This document shows, in pieces, positions 54,367-64,000 of a stretch of DNA of 64,000 nt. Source of the DNA: the human T2T-CHM13v2.0 reference genome, Homo sapiens; NCBI RefSeq assembly GCF_009914755.1, contig NC_060928.1. One strand, given 5' to 3'. Within the stretch, counting starts at the first letter, position 1, and each line of letters begins with the position of its first letter. The notes under the pieces are model-generated. The model was not told where the DNA came from. It did not search any database and saw nothing but the letters and a program-made list of their open reading frames with translations. Position numbers and translations under genes: made by a program.

Positions 54367-55124
54367 AAAATTATCTATTTTCTTTTAAATTGAAAACATT
54401 TAAAAATCTTTTTGAGGGGTATATTTCAGAATATTCCTTTTTAAAAGTCTGTTTAACTGTCTCATACACACATATTCACAAACACTGAGAAATTATTTTT
54501 GTTCATGAAATGAAAAATGGCATTGTTTAAAATGATTTACTAAATCATATAAGTCTTCAAACTAAAACATATTATTATTCTCTCTGTAGTTCCTTTTTTC
54601 TACGGCTAAATGTATTTGGAATGCTATGTGTTGTTTTCCTGGAGAGCGTCCCACGTGATTCTTGAGTGATTAGACAATGACTAGCCATTAAGCCACTTTT
54701 TTTGCTTTATTATTATTTTAAATTTTAAAATGGGAATATTATGTGATTATTTTTCACTGAAGTGAAAATGCAAATAAATTACCCAAGAGGTGGTTTATAG
54801 AGGAGATACTTTTGTTGTAGGTATAATACCTTTTAGTGTTTTATGAAAATCCTCATTTGTTTCTCAGCTGGTAATGTGTCAATACGATGTATGTGTGAAA
54901 TTCTAGAGTTGCTTGTGACAATGTTCTGTTTGTTTCCATGACCCCAGCAGTTCCTCCTGCATAGCCCTTCAGGCTAGAGTCCCTTTATTATTTCATCTAC
55001 CTCCAGAATGTTGTTCTGCAATTTACCCACTTTTATAGCATATACGACCATGACCAAACAATCTAGAACTTATTTAATACATACAATAGAGTATTCAGGG
55101 TAGACAGTTTACCTAAATATGGCC

Positions 55125-55537
55125 ATTATAGGTTGAATTTTGTCCTCCCAAAAGAGATGTGCTGGAGCCCTAACCAGGGGTATGTCATGTGACCTTATTT
55201 GGAGATAGGTTCTCTATAGATGTAATCAAGTTAAAACGAGGTCATTATGGTGCGCCCTAATCCATTATGACTGATGTCCTTATATAAAGAGGAAATTTGG
55301 ACACAGAGACAGACAAGCATAAAGGGAAGGTGATAAAAAGAGAGTAGACGATGGCCATCTGCAAGCCAAGGCAAGAGGACTGGAACAGACACTCCCTTCA
55401 CAGTCCTCAGAGGTAACCAACTCTGCCATTGCCTTGACTTTGGACTTTTAACCTCCGGAAATGTGAGGCAGTAAATTTCTGTTGTTTAAGCCACCCAGTC
55501 TGTCATACTTTGTCACAGCAGCTCTAGAAAACTAATA
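55125..55537 (+). mobile_element. MLT1B/C-type LTR
   Basis: gtgaccttatttggagatagg; gccctaatccattatgactgatgtccttat; aaatttctgttgtttaagccacccagtctg. Confidence 0.88.
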
Positions 55538-56816
55538 AATTCGGCTCTCTACACCTTCTATTCAAATTCCTGACAATCTGTCTGTCTTTTCTAAATCAAA
55601 TTGCCACTGGAATCAGTGAGAGAATAGGCTTGAAGATCTTTATGGAAAGAACAGATAAGGACTCTTTCCTCCTTGGGCTGAAGGAGAGTTTCCAGATTCT
55701 TGAAAGAACCTATCACACAGAGACTCTTAGATTCTTAGAAGGAAATTTGACATTGGTAAAAATTTCTCCAGTCAGTATGACCTTAGGGACTAGGGAGGAG
55801 CTGAACTAGGTCCTCTGCTCCTGAGGTTGAGTATATGCCTGGAGACCTGGGAACAGGAAGGCTTCATCCTGCTCCTCCGCAGTGGGTGCTGGCAGCCCTT
55901 CTGCTCCTGCACCACTGGCTCAGTGTTGTAGAGAGTAGTCTGCCTGCTTGCACTTGTTTACCCCCACCACCAGATCTAAGGGCTAATAAAGAAAATAACA
56001 AACAGGGGTTCTAACAGCCAGAGAGAGGATCAGTCAGCACAAACAGATCTCATGACAGCAAAATAGAGTTGCTGCAGGAGACAGAACATACTTGAACAAA
56101 CAAATAATAAGAACTCTTAGGAAAATTCAAGTGCACCCCAATCACACATACTTTCTGGAAAATCACATGATTTTCCAATTAAATGTTTCAGTAGGTAAAC
56201 TGAAGGATGCTATAACAGAGGTATAGAAGATCTTATAGAATAAATGTGTCAAAGCACAGAAGTGCAAGTTATAATAAACAAACAAACAACTAGCCATTTG
56301 GAGAGTAGATGAAATAAAAATAACCGGCAAAAGTTGGACTTACATAAGAAAAAACATGACAGAAGCTTAAGTAAACAAATACAAGAAGAGATACCATGAA
56401 TTGAGACAAAATTATCAGAAGAATGAGTCTTACTAAGTTTTAGGCAATTTTAAAGTGAAATAAGCAAAGCTAGCCATCCCTGCTATAATTAAGCTTTTTA
56501 AAAAGAAAAAAAAGGTTATAATATTTCACACAGAGATTCTAACAGAAAAATCTAAACAAACAATTAGTAAAAAAGAACCTAGCCAATTTATCAAAGAAAA
56601 AATGTACTCTACAGCCAAGGAGGGTTGATAGCAAGAAGACGAGACTCTCTCAATATAAAAAAACTGCCAACATAATTACCAACAAATTTAAGAAATAAAG
56701 CATATGATCATTTATGAATTTTGACAAGCAGTGGGCAAAATGTTTAAATTTCCAAATAAAACAGGTATGTTTGTAAGATACTTGAATTTAGTAAATATTG
56801 TCAAAAATGCTGCATA

Positions 56817-57136
56817 GGCTGGGCATGGTGGCTCATGCCTATAATCCCAGTGCTTTGAGAGTCCCAGGTGGGAGGATGACTTTAGGTCAGGAGTTGGAGG
56901 CCAGCCTGGGCAACAGAGTGGAGACCCTGTCTCTACAAAAAGAAAAAAAAAAAAAAGAAAACAATAAAACAACCAAGCATGGTGGTGCATGCCTTTAGTT
57001 CCAGCTATTTGCAGGCTAAGGGGGGCTAATTCCTTGTGCCCAGGACTTTGATGCTGCAGTGAGCCTACGCTAGCACAACCTCACCCCAGTCTGGGTGACA
57101 AAGTGAGACCCTATCTTTCCCCCCACCCCCCAAAAA
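56817..57136 (+). mobile_element. AluJ with expanded linker and C-rich degenerate tail
   Basis: ggctgggcatggtggctcatgcctataatcccag; ggaggatgac; gtgagaccctatct. Confidence 0.88.
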
Positions 57137-57821
57137 GGTGTGTAGACTATAATGTTAAAAGTTAAGGCACTAAACCATTTCAATCAAACCAATTATTATT
57201 CTATGACGCCCTGGAGATTCAGTGAATGTAGTGAAGTAATGACATATAAAACAAAACTCACATAGCCAATGAATATAAGATAAAATTTTTAGGTGTAGAT
57301 AGATAGAGGGAATGGAAAACCGTGTACAAATGGACAAAAATGCATAGAATCCCTCAATATCATGTCTAATATACTTTTGCATTTTTAGAAAATGATATAT
57401 GGTGTGTATACATACAAAGAAAAGAAATTGGCAAATTTTTCAATAACTACTAAGATTAGCAAACCTTATTACCCACTCTTCAGGAGCTATAACTGAAGAA
57501 ACATTTTTAGACAAATGTTCTTATTTGGTATTAACAGATTGTTTTACTTATATTCTTCAAATTATGTAAGAAATGTGGAAGCCAGCCATTCGAATTCGAT
57601 TTGTCACATGCAGTTTTGCCAGAGCTTTTTCTCTCATGATTATTGGTGTTCAAAAGTTTAATACTTACTGTATTATTTACCGTAGATAATATTCATGATA
57701 GGAATCCCATGGCTAATAAGCACAACTTGACTTTGTATTTATTTTCTGCATTACTAAAAAAAATTCCATTCACAAATACTGACTGAGCCTCATTCTATGT
57801 AGTGTTAAAGAAAATAAATGA

Positions 57822-58179
<358 letters not shown>

Positions 58180-58419
58180 TCCTTTACATTTTTGAAGTTA
58201 AAAAATATGTTACACAGCTCATTCCTTTTTTTCAAAACATTTGAATTGTACTCAGAATATTATGCTTTTTGCCTTTATAACATGAATTTAAAACATACAG
58301 ATAATTTTATTTGAATAGGTTACAAAATGCTTACCTTAAAAATATATATATATAGTATTTCTTTTTTTAATTGATTTTTTCTGTGATGATGTTATTTATG
58401 CCTTATTTTGACACTGTAT

Positions 58420-58883
58420 TTTTTAAAATTAAATTAGATTTTTTTTAAACTTCCAGGTTACATGTGCAGGATGTGCAGGTTTGTTGCACAGGTAAACATG
58501 TGCCATGGTGGTATGCTGCACCTGTCAACCATCACCTAGATATTAAGCCCAGTATGCATTAGCTCTTTTACCTAATGCTCTCCCCTATTGCCCTTCCCTG
58601 ACAGGCCCCAGTGTGTTTTGTTCCCCTCCCTGTGTCCATGTATTCTCATTGTTCAGTGCCCACTTATAAATGAGAACATGTGGTGTTTGGTGTTCTGTTC
58701 CTGCATCAGTTTGCTGGGGATAATGACTTCCAGCTAATCCATGTCTCTGCAAAGGACATGATTCCTTTTCATGGCTGCATAGTATTCCATGGTGTATATA
58801 TACCACTTTTTCTTTATCCAGTCTATCATTGATGGGCATTTGGGTTGATTCCATGTCTTTGCTATTGTGAATAATGCTGCAGT
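58420..58883 (-). mobile_element. L1PA (approx. PA7-PA10) 3' end
   Basis: tacatgtgcaggatgtgcaggtttgtt; aggccccagtgtgtt; ttcatggctgcatagtattccatggtgtatat; tgggttgattccatgtctttgctattgtgaata. Confidence 0.9.
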
Positions 58884-60479
58884 CATTGCATATTTTTAAT
58901 GTTTTTCCTTTTAGGTAAACATTTGATACATTTTCATTGCAAAAATTTTCTCCCCTCAGATTATTACAATGATTTTCCTGCTAATTATTTATCCTTTCTT
59001 TCTTTATTATAACATAATTTTCCTATATACTACTTTAAGAACATTTACAAGTGTATTAGTTGAAAAGTACTGTAATATCAGAAGAATTGTGATAATTTAT
59101 ATTACAGATCTTCAAATGATACCCAAACTCTTAAGTGTTTCGTTTTATAGATGATACATTATCTGTTGGGGGGATAATGTTTCATTAAACTTATGCCTAA
59201 TTTTGTGTTTATACTTGTCTGAAACTATACACTGAATTCTTTTTTGTAAGTACAATAGTTTGGTTGTAGCTGGGAGCTGCTTGCTACTTGAAGTCTGGAA
59301 TTGTTATACTCTCAATAACTGTCACAAATTTTTTACTTTGTAAAAGAAAGTTTTAACTTCTCAATTGAGAAACTTTATTTTAACACCTCCATTTATTAAC
59401 ACCCTTAACAAATTTAGGCAGCCCTTTTCTATACTGTGTGATTATTTCAACTACAGAGTTTGTCTAAGTATTGAAATTTTTATTTACATTCTTGTTTCTT
59501 CATTAGACTGAGAACACATTTTTTTAAGGGCAATGTCTTGTTTTAGTTTACATCACAACCTTAAAACTTACTGAAGTGCCTGACACAGATATAGGATAAA
59601 ATTAATATTTAGAGTCAATGAATAAATAAAATGTATGTTTCCATTAACAATCGATGGGGTGTCTTTTTTGGTAAGTTGGAATTTCTCTCCAGTGTGATCG
59701 ATTTGCCTTCATGTAATAGTTAACAGAACTGATAAATGGCCAACATAACAATTCAGCCTGTTTTCCTAGTGAAGAATATTTTTCATATTAAACAGATACC
59801 ATTGAAACAGATGTTCCTGCATTAGGTTCTCAAAACAAATGAAGCATGGCTTTGATTCCACACATACAAAAACAAGTGATTCACAATGGCAGTTTCAAAT
59901 TTGTGGTCACAATGATTAGTGTTCTACTTGTTACAAAGGATTTGATTAGTCATTTTCTAGACATTTTGAAATTTTAATTATCTGGAATATTTAATATGCA
60001 TTTTCTTTTTTTAATGCCCTGTAAATGTTTTAAGAGGATGAATTTTTAAAACCTTGTAGAACTTTTGTGTTCTAGAAATATGGTTTAGTGTGAGAAAGAT
60101 CTCTATTTGCTGAGATAGCAAAATGTTTAAGGAAACCTCAAGACCAATAAAAATATTTTTAACATTGGCTTAACTGGCCTGAATTCAACTCCCAGCATTG
60201 GCACCTACTCTCTCATTACCTTGCACAAAGTCATTCTAACTAAGCTTTAGTTTGTTATCTATAAAATAAAAGTTGCAATCTGTTTCATATTCATATTTCA
60301 TTTCATACGTTTTTCTTTGCTCTCAATTCCTTCCAAAACGTTTGATTTTTTTAGAATTCCTTTTGAAAGTTCCAATGTTATTTATGGGAACATTTCTTAA
60401 CTGTAATACCATTTTATTTTTTCCACAGAAAATCCCAACAATTTAAAGGTTAAAGGTAATATTTTTATTTTATTATTAA

Positions 60480-60812
60480 TATAACTTTGAAATAACAGCT
60501 TTGAGATATAATTTACATTCATACCATAAAATTCACTCTTTGAAAGTATGCAATTCAGTAGTTTTTAAGTATATTCATATAATTATGCAACCATTACCAC
60601 TCTCTGATTTTAGAACATATAACCACTCCAAAAATAGACCCCACACCATTAACAGTCACTACTCATTTCCCTCTGCCTCTAGTTCTTGGCAACCACACTA
60701 ATCTACTTTCTCTCCATGGACTGACCTATTCTGAACATTTCATGTAAGTCAAATCACATATATGTGGGCTTTTGTGACAAGTTTCTTTCACATAGCTTAA
60801 TGTTTCTCAGAT
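60480..60812 (-). mobile_element. L1MB 3' end
   Basis: aacagctttgagatataatttacat...cataaaattcactctttt; ggcaaccacactaatctactttct. Confidence 0.8.
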
Positions 60813-60889
60813 TTGTGGTAATACCCTTATGTTTAGAATTAGTTTTACGTCTAGCAAATATATGCGTTTATGGTTCTATTTTTAATTCA

Positions 60890-63800
60890 GTGGACTTTAT
60901 TTTTCTAGAGCAGTTTTAAGTTCACAGCAAAATTGGGTGGAATGTACAGAGGTTTTCCAACTGTATGAAATTATAGAACCCTACTTCCACAAAAGTATAG
61001 CCTGTGTCATAATCAACATCCCCTACCACATAAATACCCCAACTCCCACAAATCTATAGCCTATGTCATAATCAGCATCCCTTATCATAGTGGTACTTTT
61101 TAAATTTTTACAAATGATGAACCTACATTGATAGATCACTGTCACCCAAAGTCCGTAGTTTACATTAAGGTTCATTCTTAGTGTTGTACATTCTATAGGT
61201 TTAGACAAATATACAGTGGGATTTATCAACCATTGTAGTACCATACAGAGTAGTTTCACTGCCCTAAAAATTCCTTGTGTTCTGCCTATTCAGCCTTCCC
61301 TCCCACCACCCCTGTTATCCACTGATCTTGTTATATTCTCCACAGGTTTGCCTTTTCCAGATGTCATACAGTTGGAACCATAAAGCATGTAGCCTTTTCA
61401 GATAGGTTTCTTTTACTTAGTAATAAGCATTTAAGTTTCCTCCATTCTTTTTATGACTTCATAGTTCATTTCTTATTAGTGCTGAACAATGTTCTACTAT
61501 TCTGTGTAGAGCACACTCTATCCATTTGCCTACTTTTGCAAATCTTGATTATTTCCAAATATTGGAAATTATGAATAATGCTTCCATAAACATATTTGTG
61601 TAGGTCATTTTGTGGACATAAATTTTCCTTTAAGTAAATATGAATGAACATGGTTGCTAAATCATATGGTAAGAATATATTTAGTTTTTAAAGAAACTGC
61701 CTTCTAAAGTGTCTGTCCCATTTCACATTCCCACCAGCAATGAATGAGAGTTTCTGTTGCTCTACATCCTCCCAACTTTGGTGTTGTCAGTATTCTGGAT
61801 TTTGGCTTTTCTCATGGGTGTGTAGTGTTACCCTATTGTCATTTTAATTCCCATTTCCCTGATGACATGTGATGTGCAGCATCTTTTCATATGTTCACTT
61901 GTTATCTGTATATCTTTGGTGAGGTGTCCATGAAGACCTTTGGCTCATTTTAAAATTAGGTTGTTTTCTTACTGTTGAGTTTTAAGAGTTCTTTGTATAT
62001 TTTGGATACCAGTACTTTATCAGATAGGTGTTTTGCAAATAATTTCTCCCAGCCTCTGGCTTGTCTTTTTATTCCCTTTAGAATGTCTTTCGCATAGCAG
62101 GCTTTTAAAAGTTTTAATAAAGTCCAGCTTATTAATTCTTTCTTTCATATATTGTTCCTTTGGTGTTGTAACTAAAAAGTTACCACCAAACCTGAAATCA
62201 TTTATATTTTCTTCTAGGCTATCCTCTAGGAGTTTTATAGATTTATATTTTACATTTAGGTCTGTGATTTATTTTGAGTCAACTTTTGTGAAGGATGTAA
62301 GGTCTGTGTCTAGTTTCAACATTTTTTTTTGTATATGGATATCCAGTTGTTCCAGCAACATTTGTTGATAGGACTGTATTTTCTACATTTTTTATTGCTT
62401 TTGCTCCATTGTCAAAGATAATTTTACCATATTTGTGGGTTGTGGGCTCTGAATACTGTTCCATTAATCTATTTATCTATTTTTTTAATACCTCTCTCTT
62501 GATTACTGTAGTTTTACAGTAGTTTTGAATTTGGGTAGTATTAGACATTTGACTTTTATTTCTTCAGTATTGTATTGGCTACTCTGGGTCTTTTGATACT
62601 ACATATAAACTTTAGAATCATTTTATCAATATACACAAAATAACTTACTGGGATTTTCATTGAGATTATGTTGAATCTATACAGCTGACATCTTGACAAT
62701 ATTGAATCTTCCTATTCATGAACATGGAATATCTCTCCATTTATTTAGTTCTTTAATTTCTTTCATCAGCATTTTGTGATTTCCTTCATATAAATCTTAT
62801 ATAAGTATTATTAGATTTCTGCCTAAGTATTTCACTTTTGGGTGATGCTAATGTAAATGATACTGTGTTTTTAATTTCAAACTCCACTTGTTCATTATTG
62901 GTATATAGGAAAGTGATGAATTTTTATATATCAACTTTGCATACTACAATCTTGCTATAATCTTACTAGCTCCAGGACCTTTTTCATTGATTATTTTGGA
63001 TTTTCTACATGGACAATCATGTCATCGACAAACAAAGATAGTTTTTTTTATTTTTATCTTCCTAATCTATAAACCTATTATTTCCTTTTTCTGTCTTATT
63101 CAATTAGCTGTGACATCCAGTATGATGTTGAAAAACAGTGGTTAAGAGAACATCTTTGACTTGTGTTTTAATGGGAAAGCTTGAAGTTTCCTACTGTTGA
63201 GTATCATGTTAGCTGTAGGCTATTTGTAGATAATCTTTATTAAGTTGAGGAAGTTTTCCTCTAGTTCTAGTTTACTGACAGTTTGTATAATAAGTGGGGC
63301 TTAGATTTTGTCAAATGCTAATTGATTTTTAAATGTTGAACCAGGCTTACATAACTGGGATGAATCCATTTGGGTCATGGCGTATAATTCTTTTATACAT
63401 TGTTTGATTTGATTTGCTAATGTTTTTAAAGATTTTATAATCTATGTTCATGAGTGATATTGGTCAGTAGTTTTCTTTTCTTGTAATGCCTGTGGTTTGA
63501 TATCAGTATAATGCTGGCCTCTTATGAGTGAGGAAGTATTCTATTTGATTTTATCTTCTGAAAGAGTTTCTAGATCATTGATATTATTTCTTCCTTAAAT
63601 GTTTGGTAGAATACACCAGTGAACCCATCTGGGCCTGACACTTTCAGTTATCCAGTTATCAATATTGATTAAGTTTTTAATAGTTATGGGCCTAATCAGA
63701 TTTTCTATTTCTTCTTGTATGAGTTTTGGAAGATGTACCTTTAAAGAATTGGTGTATCTCATCTAGGTCATCAAATTTGTGTGCATAGAGTTGTTTATAA

Positions 63801-64000
63801 TATTTTATTTTATTCTTTTAGTGACTATGGATCTGTAGTAATATCTCTTCTTTCATTTGTGATATTAATATTTTGTATTCTCTCTCTTTTTTTCTTAGCT
63901 GATCTAGAAAATTATAGATTTTATTCATCTTTTTAAAGAACCAGGCTTTGGTTTCATTGATTTTCTTTAGTGAATTTCTATTTTCAGTTTCATTGATTTC
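60890..64000 (-). mobile_element. L1MC/MD-type element (3' UTR and degraded ORF2), runs off the window
   Basis: gagcagttttaagttcacagcaaaattg; cacattcccaccagcaatgaatgagagtt; gatatccagttgttccagcaacatttgttg; aaatgtttggtagaatacaccagtgaacccatctgggcctg. Confidence 0.85.

Noticed and set aside
53000-55537. Two MLT1B-type LTRs that might bound one provirus
   Set aside because: They are in opposite orientation, so they are independent solo insertions.

Overview
Human genomic DNA: AT-rich and dense in Alu, L1, L2, MIR, LTR and DNA-transposon fossils, including an AluYa5 with all five diagnostic bases. The window holds the 5' end of GLRA3 (glycine receptor alpha-3) on the minus strand. Coding exon 1 (40609-40679, MAHVRHFRTLVSGFYFWEAALLL) is joined across a ~39.8 kb intron 1 to exon 2 (684-811, [44 protein letters not shown]). 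A small CpG-rich promoter lies at ~41050-41530, followed by ~22 kb of repeat-rich upstream DNA. None of the listed six-frame ORFs is a credible independent gene, and I found no novel multi-gene system. The best leads are regulatory: an RE1/NRSE in the 5' leader; three uORFs, one in frame with the main ATG and separated from it by a single TGA; a candidate in-frame alternative last exon that would give a 71-aa truncated product; a candidate 97-nt poison exon; a sense-oriented LTR9-like solo LTR with an intact octamer; a young, possibly polymorphic AluYa5; and several fold-back micro-rearrangement scars. Repeat subfamily names come from my recall of consensus sequences and should be confirmed with RepeatMasker/Dfam. 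Boundaries of old repeats are approximate.
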